Shown here in pieces: positions 51,118-62,371 of a stretch of DNA of 64,000 bases. The notes beneath the pieces are model-generated. The model had not been told where the DNA came from and did no database searches. It saw only the letters and a program-made list of their open reading frames with translations. Origin of the DNA: Amoebophrya sp. A120 (lineage: Eukaryota; Protista; Dinoflagellata); NCBI GenBank assembly GCA_905178155.1, contig CAJINV010000013.1, forward strand, positions 238,344 through 302,343, given 5' to 3'. The stretch's first letter is position 1; every line of letters starts with the position of its first letter. Made by a program: the position numbers and the translations under genes.

Positions 51118-52299
51118 ATGGGCCAAGAGGCGAAATTGACGGAGAAGCTGCCCAGCGCGCAGGACTGGCGTGTCTGGCATCGCGGGGTCACGAACGAGGT
51201 TTCTCACCTCGGGCTCCAGGAGTATTGGGATAATCGTCTTGCTGGTAACCCTCCGGGGATTCCGCAGGCGGCCAATGCTGCCAACAACGCGATCCGGGAG
51301 AAGTGGCGCGACCTGAAGGATGCCATCTACAAGTCGCGCACCGGGTCCGTGTCCACGTGGGTCAACAGTCAGCACTACATCAACGACGACGCTGCGCAGT
51401 TGTTCGCGCGTATTCGTGATGTCGGTCGCTTCAATGTTGCCTCCCGTGATCAGCAGCACATCAAGACGTCCTCGATCGACGCCATGCACTTCGACAACCG
51501 CGACGCGCCGAAGGATGCTCCGACGTTCCTGGCTCAGATCCACGAGTTGATGGAGATGGCGCCGAGTGTCTACGTCCCGGAGCCCGGGCGTCCGGTCGAA
51601 GATCATCATGTGAAGAACATCCTGGACAAGTTGCCCAAGATGTTTGCGTCGGCCTTCCGCCAGACCATCGACCGCTGCGTGGACGAGTCCGATCATATCA
51701 CCTTGCAGGAGATCGGGAACCGTCTCGAGAAGAAGCTCGCGCAGCTGGTCAAGGAAGGTTCCTACAAGATCGAGAGCCCATCCTTCGGCAAGGCTTTCCC
51801 GGTCGTTGAGGACAAGGGGCCGAAGAGGAAGGGAAACAAACGTCAGAAAAATGATGACGATGAGGAGCCGGACTCCGCTGATGATGGTCAAAATGCTGCT
51901 TCTGGCAAGGTGTTCTCGGCGAAAGCCTTGAAACGCATGAAAGCCAAACTACGCAAGCAGACCGAAGCGAGTGTCCTGGCTGCCCATGGCCTGCCCCCGA
52001 AGGCTAACGCTAAGGGCGGAAGTGGCCAGAAAGGTGGTGGCAAGACTGGTCGGAGCCAGAGCACCCCCTACAACACTGTGACCAAACCCAAATGCTGGAT
52101 CTGTGGCAAGGAAAACCATAAGGCGGACCGTTGCCGCTGGAATCCTAACAATCAAGGGAAAGGTCAGTGGGGTGGTGCCTGGGGAAACCAGCAGCCGCAG
52201 TGGTGTCCGCCGGTGAACCAGAACCAAATGAACAACCAGAATCAAGGGCAGGGAGCCGGTGGAAAGCAGGGTGGTTGGGTCTGGCAAGGACCAGCCTGA
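51118..52299 (+). CDS. gag: Copia Gag with CCHC zinc knuckle
   Basis: ATG at 51118; CWICGKENHKADRC knuckle; ILDKLP motif; Q/N/G-rich tail; ends in TGA. Confidence 0.9.
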   Translation: MGQEAKLTEKLPSAQDWRVWHRGVTNEVSHLGLQEYWDNRLAGNPPGIPQAANAANNAIREKWRDLKDAIYKSRTGSVSTWVNSQHYINDDAAQLFARIRDVGRFNVASRDQQHIKTSSIDAMHFDNRDAPKDAPTFLAQIHELMEMAPSVYVPEPGRPVEDHHVKNILDKLPKMFASAFRQTIDRCVDESDHITLQEIGNRLEKKLAQLVKEGSYKIESPSFGKAFPVVEDKGPKRKGNKRQKNDDDEEPDSADDGQNAASGKVFSAKALKRMKAKLRKQTEASVLAAHGLPPKANAKGGSGQKGGGKTGRSQSTPYNTVTKPKCWICGKENHKADRCRWNPNNQGKGQWGGAWGNQQPQWCPPVNQNQMNNQNQGQGAGGKQGGWVWQGPA

Positions 52300-55071
52300 C
52301 AAGATGAAGGAGGTGCTTACATCTCGGAATATGGTAGCTGTATGCTGAATTTCGAGAATTTAGAGGAGTTTGATGTAGATTCTTCTAGCTGTTTTACTGC
52401 ACAGACCAAGGACGAAGTGAGCTCGGTCGATTCATGTGCAAGCAAGTATTTATCTAGACACAAATCGGATGCTATTGACATCTCGAGCAACGTCTGTCGC
52501 ATCAACGGCACGGCCGGGGCTCGTGATGGTTTTGTCGGAAAACTGAAGGAAAACGCTCTAGGATTGCCCTATGGCGTCTACTTTAAACATCTACCAAGAG
52601 ACATTGATCGCATTCTTCCGCGGCTCGGTGAGGACAATCTCAGTGATCGTGGGTGGGATCTGAACTACAACAGCTCTGGCGGTTCCTTAGTCAATAGGGA
52701 ATCCGGTCAGATGCTACCAATCAAGAACCACGAGAGGCTGACCCTCCCAGTCCTTGGGTGTGATCTTTTCGCGATGGGCCTCCGGGGTCAGGCGACTAGA
52801 GACACCGCGGAAGATATTGCACGCATTACAATCGAAGAAAGTATTGCTAGCTGTCACCTTACGCGTCTAGAACAACATAGAAGATTCGGGCGCTTTCACG
52901 TAGATGGTCTTAATGTCCAGTGCCCTGAATGCGACAAAGCGAAAGGCGCGAGAAGCTCTCACGCAAAGGAGCGAGACACTAGTAATTACAAACCTGAACC
53001 ATTGAAACTACTAGCGATGGACTTCGCGGCAGGTATTGAACCTGTATCGATTCGGTCACACACCTGCGTGCTTGTGGTCATCTGTGATGCCATCAAGAAG
53101 TGTTTCTGTGTCCCTCTTAAGCTGAAAAGTGACTGCGTTGAGGTTTTGGAAGAGTTGATAAAGGGCATTCGCCAGCACTACGCTTTGACCCTCGAGGACA
53201 AAGCGGTATGGTTCGTCCGTAGGGACAATGAGCCAGCTCTGGGCAGTGACAGTGACTCCATGACCAAGGTCATGCAATCGCTGCGGGTCGGTGATGCTCC
53301 TACGGTTCCCTACAACCCAGAGCAGAACGGAACCTGCGAACGCTTTACGCGGACCATATTCGGCGCTGTGCGTGCGATGTTGGTGAACGTGGACAAGCGT
53401 CTGTGGTGCTACTCGGTCGAGTACGCTGCAGCATGCTGGGACCGCCTTCCGCATAAGTATAGCAAAGTGCCTGAGTACGACGGAAAGACTCCTGCAGAGA
53501 TTCTAGATGAGAGAACTGGAAGAAACAGTTCGAAAGTTGGCACAAGGATGCTGAGGCGTTTTGGTTGTCTCGTTTATTTTCGTGAACAAGTCAAGAAAGG
53601 CGAAGCTCATGAAGCTCCTGCGGGGGGAGTAAATGTGGCAGCTCCAAAGCTGGCCGCGCCCTTTCGTCGTGGTGTATTTCTCGGCCTTTGTCCAAAGTCT
53701 TCGGGCTGGCGGGTTGGGACGTATGTCACGGACGGCCGGTCCGCCGCGGGACATCGTTGGATGGAGTATTCTACCATCGACGTCAAGTTCCGTGAGGAGT
53801 ACCTCGTGAAAAATACTGAAGACCTAGTTCCTAACTCCAAAGGTATCTATGTCGAGTGTGACGCAATCGAGGCCCTACCTAGTGGAGCGTCGTGCGCGCC
53901 ATCTCTCCCGTGTGTCGGTCTGATCAAAAGGGCTGAGCACCGGCTGGGGGTGGATGTCTCGGAGCACACTGGTAGGCAGCCTGACGGTCCTGAAGAGACG
54001 TTGGCGATTGAGAGTTTGGATAGGGAAGATGATCCGGGCCAGATACATCCCGAGCCTGAAGGTGTTAAACCTGAGGAGGGGAATCTGGACGATCACCCCA
54101 CTCACAGCAGCTTATCTAGTCCAAGAAAGGCGAGCCCGTCTCCGGCAAGGATTGTGGCTGGCAACCGCAACTCCAAGCCGCGCGGTCGTGGTCGTCCCAA
54201 AGGGAGAAAGGACAAGAAGAAGCGCGCGAGACGTACTAAGAAAGAGCTCGCAGAATTGAGAAAGGACGCCAGTGCCTTTGCCGCAGCAATAGCAGCACAG
54301 GACGATCGAGAGGAAGGTGAGGAATTCCTTGACGTCCAGTGCTACTTGACTACATCGGCCAAGTTGGATCCCGCTCGTTGCAAAGACTCAGTCGAGTGGA
54401 ACGCTGCAACCAACAAGGAAGATTGTAGACTTGAAGCCTATAAAGTGTGGGAGCCAGCTACTGACGAGGAGCTAGCGACCGCAAAGCAGGTTTTGCCTAT
54501 TGCTATCCTTCTTACCGAAAAGCGTGACGGTACGAAGAAAGCGCGAGCAGTTGTTCTCGGTAATCTAGATCGTTCGGGCGAGCTGGACACTTTCGCTCCT
54601 GTTGTGTCCCATGCCGCTAACAGGTTACTTCTAGCCGCTGCAGCCGCAGACGGCGACGATGTGATCCCGTTCGACCTTGATAGTGCGTTTCTCAATGCCT
54701 TACTTGATCGCGACGCCTTCTGCCGCTTGCCACCCATCTGGGCGAAGAAGCACGGCGGGGAGATTGTCAAGCTCAAGAAATCGCTTTACGGCTTGAAAGA
54801 CGCCCCCAGGCTCTGGCATAAGAAGTATGAGGAAGTACTGACCAAGCTAGGTTGGGAAGCCTGTCCCTCTGCGCCAGGTCCGTGGAAGAAACCGAGCCTG
54901 GAACACCCTGGGAAGTTTCTGAAGTTGGCAGTGTATGTCGACGATAATCTTATCACAGGTCCTCCGACTGGGTCCGAGTTGGCTGGAGAACTTGCGGAGA
55001 TCTTGCACCACGTCAAGGGGCGCATGATCGACGTCGAGCTTGTTCCGGAGTTTAACTCTGTGCCCAAGTAG
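52300..55071 (+). CDS. pol: Copia Pol (protease, integrase, partial RT), in frame with gag
   Basis: VDSCAS (protease), HRRFG..H..CPEC (HHCC), MDF..RRDN..PYNPEQNGTCER (DDE integrase), KARAV, TFAPV, FDLDSAFLNA, KSLYGLKDAPRLW, YVDD. Confidence 0.92.
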   Translation, partial: QDEGGAYISEYGSCMLNFENLEEFDVDSSSCFTAQTKDEVSSVDSCASKYLSRHKSDAIDISSNVCRINGTAGARDGFVGKLKENALGLPYGVYFKHLPRDIDRILPRLGEDNLSDRGWDLNYNSSGGSLVNRESGQMLPIKNHERLTLPVLGCDLFAMGLRGQATRDTAEDIARITIEESIASCHLTRLEQHRRFGRFHVDGLNVQCPECDKAKGARSSHAKERDTSNYKPEPLKLLAMDFAAGIEPVSIRSHTCVLVVICDAIKKCFCVPLKLKSDCVEVLEELIKGIRQHYALTLEDKAVWFVRRDNEPALGSDSDSMTKVMQSLRVGDAPTVPYNPEQNGTCERFTRTIFGAVRAMLVNVDKRLWCYSVEYAAACWDRLPHKYSKVPEYDGKTPAEILDERTGRNSSKVGTRMLRRFGCLVYFREQVKKGEAHEAPAGGVNVAAPKLAAPFRRGVFLGLCPKSSGWRVGTYVTDGRSAAGHRWMEYSTIDVKFREEYLVKNTEDLVPNSKGIYVECDAIEALPSGASCAPSLPCVGLIKRAEHRLGVDVSEHTGRQPDGPEETLAIESLDREDDPGQIHPEPEGVKPEEGNLDDHPTHSSLSSPRKASPSPARIVAGNRNSKPRGRGRPKGRKDKKKRARRTKKELAELRKDASAFAAAIAAQDDREEGEEFLDVQCYLTTSAKLDPARCKDSVEWNAATNKEDCRLEAYKVWEPATDEELATAKQVLPIAILLTEKRDGTKKARAVVLGNLDRSGELDTFAPVVSHAANRLLLAAAAADGDDVIPFDLDSAFLNALLDRDAFCRLPPIWAKKHGGEIVKLKKSLYGLKDAPRLWHKKYEEVLTKLGWEACPSAPGPWKKPSLEHPGKFLKLAVYVDDNLITGPPTGSELAGELAEILHHVKGRMIDVELVPEFNSVPK

Positions 55072-55073
55072 TT

Positions 55074-55074
55074 N
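55074..55074. other. Single-N assembly gap / contig join
   Basis: n at 55074; the sequence after it restarts at the equivalent of ~49992. Confidence 0.95.
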
Positions 55075-55617
55075 TTGTTCGGAGGCTCGAACTGCGACAT
55101 ATGATATAGAAAGCAAAGCTTCACCGCTGGAGGTGGAAAATTTCAAAACACATCAAGAGAACGAACTCAATCTCAATGGTTGAATGCGGCAACTTATCGC
55201 GAAAATAAAACAAAAAGCACTGAGGTGGTTGCGCACCATTATGCGGTAGCCTTCCATGACATTTTCTACTGCTATAGGGCAAGAAAATCACTTAGCAACT
55301 TGGTCTGCTCGCGATCAATCATGCTCGTGCCCGCTTAAACAATACGAGAACGGTCAAACAACGGATGAGCTTGGATCTTGGCTATCTGCGATCAATTTTT
55401 TAGTATGCATCGAGCAGCAGCAGTGTGAGTTCTTCTCTACTTGCAACAGGATCACGAGATCAATCAGCGGCCCGTCTCTGAAAACCACCAGGCTGCGACA
55501 CTTTTGCTCCACACCGACAGCCACCTGCTGACGAAGATAAAACAGAAGCCGTCGCTTGAACGAACGATGTCCGCAAGACAATTTCACAAATAAACTTTGA
55601 TTGTTTATTTTATTAAC

Positions 55618-58600
55618 TGTTGGCCATGGAAATCGATCCCGCACACACGTAACACGATCGCCCCAAATGACGCCTGCTCCCAATGAAATGGCAGTTCTGA
55701 ATGACCTGAACCAGCTAGATCCTTAGGGAAATGGTCAGAATCTATCTAGATCCTAAAGGAAACTCTTCACCATGTTCCGCGAATCCCCCAAATACTACGA
55801 AGGCAAAGCCATCAGGATCGTAGTGAAATGAATGGACTCAGCTCGGTCCAGACGTTCAGAATGGTCGCCCTGGGGGACTTGACTCCCGCCAGGGTTGAGC
55901 ATTATGCCGACAGCCTTGAGGGATGGACTCCCATGCTGTTTTGCCACTTGACTCTGACCCGATTGGTCCATATGAATCTGATGAATTTGGATGATTTGAA
56001 CCTACAGGATGTAACGCAGCAAGAGACTTGCGTCACTTGCTTGCTTACTTGCAATTGAGAGAATTCATTGAACTGCTATTGATAACGAGCTCAGTGGAGC
56101 AAACTTGTGTAAGTGTGTGCGAGTGTTCTCAAGTCCACTAACACCACGCTACGCCTTGAGACTCAAGCTGGCTCTTCTAGTCAGATAAGTGATTGAAATA
56201 ATGGGCCAAGAGGCAAAGCTGGTTGAGAAGTTGCTTGCCCAGCGCGCAGGACTGGCGCGTCTGGCATCGCGGAGTCACGAACGAGGTTTCTCGCCTCGGA
56301 CTCCAGGAGTATTGGGATAATCGTCTTGCTGGTAACCCTCCGGGGATTCCGCAGGCGGCCAATGCTGCCAACAACGGGATCCGGGAGAAGTGGCGCGACC
56401 TGAAGGATGCCATCTACAAGTCGCGTACCGGGTCCGTGTCCACGTGGGTCAACAGTCAGCACTACATCAACGACGACGCTGCGCAGCTGTTCATGCGTAT
56501 TCGTGATGTTGGTCGCTTCAATGTTGCCTCCCGTGACCAGCAGCACATCAAGACGTCCTCGATCGACGCCATGCATTTCGACAACCGCGACGCGCCGAAG
56601 GATGCTCCGACGTTCCTGGCCCAGATCCACGAGTTAATGGCGATGGCGCCGAGTGTCTACGTCCCGGAGCCCGGGCGTCCGGTTGAAGATCAGCACGTCA
56701 AGAACATTCTGGACAAGTTGCCCAAGATGTTCGCGTCGGCCTTCCGCCAGACCATCGACCGCTGCGCGGACGAGTCCGATCACATCACCCTCCAGCAGAT
56801 CGGCGACCGTCTCGAGAAGAAGCTCGCGCAGCTGCCTGGTCAAGGAGGGTTCGTACAAGATCGAGAATCAATCCGTCCTTTGGCAAGGCCTTCCCGGTCG
56901 TCGAGGAGAAGACGAAGAAGAAGAAGGGAAACAAACGTCAGAAAGATGATGACGATGAGGAGCCGGACTCCGCTGATGATGGTCAAAATGCTGCTTCTGG
57001 CAAGGTGTTCTCGGCGAAAGCCTTGAAACGCTTGAAAGCCAAACTACGCAAGCAGACCGAAGCGAGTGTCTTGGCTGCCCATGGCCTGCCCCCGAAAGCT
57101 AACGCCAAGGGCGGAAGTGGCCAGAAAGGCGGTAAGACTGGTCGGAACCAGAGCACTCCCTACAACACTGTGACCAAACCCAAACGCTGGATCTGTGGCA
57201 AGGAAAACCATAAGGCGGACCGTTGCCGCTGGAATCCTAACAATCAAGGGAAAGGTCAGTGGGGTGGTGCCTGGGGAAACCAGCAGCCGCAGTGGTGTCC
57301 GCCGGTGAACCAGAATCAGACGAACAACCAGAATCAAGGGCCGGGAGCCGGTGGAAACAAGGGTGGTTGGGTCTGGCAAGGACCAGCCTGACCAGATGAA
57401 GGAGGAGTATTTATCTCGGAGTATGGTAGCTGTATGCTAAATTTCGAGAATTTAGAAGATTTCGATGTAGATTCTTCTAGCTGTTTTATTGCACAGACCA
57501 AGGACGAAGTGAGCTTGGTCGATTCATGTGCAAACAAATATCTATCACGTCAGAAGTCAGATTTTATTGACATCTCGAGCAACGTCTGTCGCATCAATGG
57601 CACGGCCGGGGCTCGTGATGGTTTTGTCGGAAAACTGAAGGAAAACGCTTTAGGTTTAGGCTTACCCTACGGCGTCTACTTTAAGCATCTTCCTAGAGAT
57701 ATTGATCGCATTCTTCCGTGGCTCGGTGAGGACAATCTCAGTGATCGTGGGTGGGATCTGAACTGCAACAGCTCTGGCGGTTCCTTAGTCAACAGGGAAT
57801 CCGGTCAGATGCTACCAATCAAGAACCACGAGAGGTTGAACCTCCCAGTCCTTGGGTGTGATCTTTTCGTGATGGGCCTCCGGGGTCAGGCGACTAGTGA
57901 CACCGCGGAAGACATTGCATGCATTACAATCGAAGAAAGTATTGCTAGTTGTCACCTTACGCGTTTAGAACAACATAGAAGATTCGGACACTTTCACGTA
58001 GATGGTCTTAATGTCCAGTGTCCTGAATGCGATAAAGCGAAAGCCGCAAGAAGCTCTCACGCAAAGGAGCGAGACACTAGTAATTACAAACCTGAACCAT
58101 TGAAACTACTTGCGATGGACTTCGCGGTAGGTATTAAACCTGTATCGATTCGGTCACGCACCTGCGTGCTAGTGGTCATCTGTGACGCCATCAAGAAGTG
58201 TTTCTGTGTCCCTCTTAAGCTGAAAAGTGACTGCGTTGAGGTTTTGGAAGAAGTAATAAAAGGCATTCGCCAGAGCTACGCTTTGACCCTCGAGGACAAA
58301 GCGGCGTGGTTCGTCCGTCGGGACAATGAGCCAGTTCTGGGCAGTGACTCCATGACCAAGGTCATGCAATCGCTGCGGGTCGGTGATGCTCCTACGGTTC
58401 CCTACAACCCAGAGCAGAACGGAACCTGCGAGCGCTTTATGCGGACCATATTCGGCGCTGTGCGTGCGATGTTGGTGAACGTGGACAAGCGTCTGTGGTG
58501 CTACTCGGTCGAGTACGCTGCAGCATGCTGGGACCGCCTTCCGCATAAGTATAGCAAGATGCCTGAGTACGACGGAAAGACTCCTGCAGAAATTCTAGAT

Positions 58601-61007
58601 GAGAGAACTGGAAGAAACAGTTCGAAAGTTGGCGCAAGGATGCTGAGGCGTTTTGGTTGTCTCGTTTATTTTCGTGAACAAGTCAAGAAAGGCGAAGCTC
58701 ATGAAGCTCCTGAGGGGGGAGTAAATGTGGTAGCTCCAAAGCTGGCCGCGCCATTTCGTCGTGGTGTATTTCTCGGCCTTTGTCCAAAGTCTTCGGGCTG
58801 ATGTCACGGATGGCCGGTCCGCCGCGGGACATCGTTGGATGGAATATTCTACCATCGACGTCAAGTTCCGTGAGGAGTACCTCGCGAGGAATATTTATTG
58901 AAGACCTAGTTGGTTCCTAACTCTAAAGGTATCTATGTCGAGTGTGACGCAATCGAGGCCCTACCTAGTGGAGCGTCGTGCGCGCCATCTCTCCCGTGTG
59001 TCGGTCTGTCTGATAAAAAGGGCTGAGCACCGGCTGGGGGTGGATGTCTCGGAGCACACTGGTAGGCAGCCTGACGGTCCTGCAGAGACGCTGGTGGCTG
59101 AAAGTTTGGATAGGGAAGATGATCCGGACCAGATACATCCCGAGCCTGAAGGTGTTAAACCTGAGGAGGGGAATCTGGACGATCACCCCACTCACAGCAG
59201 CTTATCGAGTCCAAGAAAGGCGAGCCCGTCTCCGGCAAGGATTGTGGCCGGCAACCGCAACTCCAAGCCGCGAGGTCGTGGCCGTCCCAAAGGGAGAAAG
59301 GACAAGAAAAAGCGCGCGAGACGTACTAAGAAAGAGCTCGCAGAATTGAGAGAGGACGCTAGTGCCTTTGCCGCAGCAATAGCAGCGCAGGATGATCGAG
59401 AGGAAGGCGAGGAATTCCTTGGCGTCCAGTGTTACTTGACTACATCGGCCAAGTTGGACCCAGCTCGTTGCAAAGACTCAGTCGAATGGAACGCAGCAAC
59501 CAACAAGGAAGATTGTAGACTTGAAGCCTATAAAGTGCGGGAGCCAGCTACTGAAGAGGAGCTAGCGACCGCAAAGCAGGTTTTGCCTATTGCTGTCCTT
59601 CTTACCGAGAAGCGTGACGGTACGAAGAAAGCGCGAGCAGTAGTTCTCGGCAATCTAGATCGTTCGGGCGAGCTGGACACTTTCGCTCCTGTTGTGTCCC
59701 ATGCCGCTAACAGGTTACTTCTAGCCGCTGCAGCCGCAGACGGTGATGATGTAATCCCGTTCGACCTTGATAGTGCGTTTCTCAATGCCTTACTTGATCG
59801 CGACGCCTTCTGCCGCTTGCCACCCATCTGGGCGAAGAAGCACGGCGTGGAGATTGTCAAGCTCAAGAAAGCGCTTTACGGCTTGAAAGACGCCCCCAGG
59901 CTCTGGCATAAGAAGTATGAGGAAGCACTGACCAAGCTAGGTTGGGAACCCTGTCCCCCTGCGCCAGGTCTGTGGAAGAAACCGAGCATGGAATTCCCTG
60001 GGAAGTTTCTGAAGTTGGCAGTGTATGTCGACGATAATCTTATCACAGGTCCTCCGACTGGGTCCGAGTTGGCTGGAGAACTTGCGGAGATCTTGCACCA
60101 CGTCAAGGGGCGCATGATCGACGTCGAGCTTGTTCCGGAGTTTAACTCCGTGTCCAAGAAGTTCGACTTCCTAGGGTCAATAGTGTGCTACAACTGGAAT
60201 CTACGAACCGTTAGGATCGTGATGACAGAGTACATATCCAAGATTTGTAAGAAATTCCACGTCTCAGAAGCGGGCAAGCCGGTCCACTCGCCAAACTTCG
60301 ATGAGTCTGAACTCGCTAAAGAAGTTGAAGGAGCTAAAGTTATTGAAGGTTTTCCCCTTCGAGAGGTCGTTGGCTCTCTGCAGTGGGCTGCAACCACTTG
60401 CAGGGTAGACATTGTTGTCCCGGTTGCCACTGTCGCCAGATATGTGGGCAAGCCGGCGACTCGACCTGTCGCAAACGCCTGTAAGAAGATTTTGAAGTAT
60501 CTAAGGACAACGAAAGAGCAGGGTCTGTCGTATAGTCCGGAAATTGAGGAGGAATTCAACAGAATCTACAGCAAGCTACTGCCCGAAGGGAGAGACTTGC
60601 CTGATGTGAATCTGTTTTCGGATGCTAGTTTTGCGAACTGTTGCAAGACCATGCGAAGCACTAGTGGTAGCATTATGTACTTCCGCGGCTTCCCGATCTG
60701 TTGGCGTAGCAACCGGCAGACCGTGAGGGCGTACTCCACGGCGGAGGCGGAGTATATAGCTGCTTCCGACACTATTGTGCTGAGCGAGCAGAATGACTTT
60801 ACAGAGTTCTTCAAACCTCTGCCCACTGTCATGGTGGAAAAGCAGAATGGCTTATCTCCCTCCCTGGATGATGCCATATTGTGGATCGACAACCAGTCCG
60901 CGATAACTACAGCTAAGAGCACAGACAACAAACCGGAATCGAGGCACTACGCACTGCGATATCTCCGCGTGAGAGACGCAGCGAGCCAGATTATGTTCTG
61001 CCCGACC
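55618..61007 (+). mobile_element. Ty1/copia copy 2, frameshifted, with RT-RNase H; no 3' LTR
   Basis: Same TGTTGG start and flank. Frameshifts in gag (~56232, ~56835) and pol (~58800-59010). RNase H motifs FSDASFA, RSTSG, STAEAEY, WIDNQSAI. Breaks after FCPT at 61007, lacking the usual ADxxTK. Confidence 0.9.
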
Positions 61008-61559
61008 TATGAGATTTCTGACTCCTTTGACCAAATGAGTCAGTACACGAATAGGATTCCAGTAATGCTATCTTGATTCCCTTGATTGATCCAGATCTTC
61101 TTGTAATCGTACTTCCGGAACACAAAAACGCAATCAGGCGTAAAGAAATTCTAGCCTGCACGGCAAAGTCGTGCAGGGATTCGCTCTTTCAATTGATTCC
61201 AGAATTCACGCGCAAGCGTAGCATATTTATCGTGCAATATTGTGGCAAAAGCCTTACAGCCGCTGGTGATTTCAATCCCAGCAGCAGAGTAGCGCCCGGA
61301 GCTCCCTGGATCTCAGATCCAGGGACGGGCTTTCGAGGGCTCCCCCTCTTTCTTCACTGCCCCGGCCATCGCAGTGAAGCGTCTCGAACTTCCTTTCTCA
61401 ATCATCGAGCCCGATGGGAGGTTTGGCACAGTAGCATGCGCATCTCTTAGCTACGCTCTTTTCTAGCAGCGGGTGCTCCTGTCTCGCCCATCGCCGGGCG
61501 CCACCAGGAGGAAAGCCGTCCAGTGGATCTTACGAACTGGCAGGGCCTGTGAGGTGCCG

Positions 61560-62350
61560 GCTTTCGGGAACTCCGTCGGGCACGAACTGAATCGGCTGGG
61601 CTTGTCAGCGAAGCGGACCACCCACAGGATGCACAGAGCAACCGCCTTTCAGCTAGCCTAGGACTAAAGTAACCGATCGCCCACGACCCTGAGCAGCTTA
61701 CCCTAGAAGCTTAAGCCTACAGGCACTGCTCCCGCACTTCGCTTTCCTGCGCGACAGCTACGGGCTCCTTGGCGTAGTCCCTCGTTGGGGAACTCGACAT
61801 CGCGAAGCCCCGATGTCGAGCCGAATGCGATAGATGCTTGCAGCACAGCAAGGAACCAGGCGCACACGGAATGAGGGAGCTGGTCTCCCCAACGGGAGCC
61901 AGTACTCCAGAGCAACGTGTCCCCTATCGAAGAACGACCGGAGAGCGCGTTCCCGGCTCTCACGTTTGTGACCTGTTGCTGTATGCGCATGCGCCAGTAA
62001 ACTAACGCACGCTATTGCCGCGGAGCATCTCCGTGCCTCCTCTGTTCATCATAGCCCCGTCCTCGCTATGATGCGTCTCGAGCGTCCGTTCTCACATCCT
62101 CGAGCCCGATTAAAAGACAAATGCTGCTTGCTGTCTTGTCAGCAACGATGCTTGAGGAACAGTCTTCACAAGCACCGCACAACACACACGTGCGCACAGC
62201 ACGAATGAACAGAAGCCAGCGAGATTGTAGTGGGACTACACCTCGCTGCAGTTATGTACTCTACGGTGGCCCCGCTGTATCACCGTACGATCCGGAGGAA
62301 TAGTTTTCTTGGGGATACCCGGGGTATAAGCATGATACATTCCAGGGCGG
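61560..62350 (-). pseudogene. Decayed non-LTR (LINE-like) reverse transcriptase fragment
   Basis: Degenerate RT motifs in the expected order on the minus strand: CIMLIPR (~62325), LLIGLEDVR (~62100), EGLRQGA (~61775), VVRFADK (~61610), with many stops. Confidence 0.45.
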
Positions 62351-62371
62351 ATTGACGCTTAAGCCGCACCG

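Larger units (their letters stand above)
50535..55073 (+). mobile_element. Ty1/copia LTR retrotransposon, copy 1 (truncated at assembly gap)
   Basis: Putative 5' LTR starts TGTTGG at 50535 and ends near 51060-51085. Domain order gag-PR-IN-RT; ends at n 55074 within RT. Confidence 0.92.

Noticed and set aside
51085-51130. Copia primer-binding site (TGGCTCTTCTAG, or ATGGGCCAAG resembling a half-tRNAiMet PBS)
   Set aside because: Cannot be assigned without the tRNA set and a second LTR to define the LTR end.
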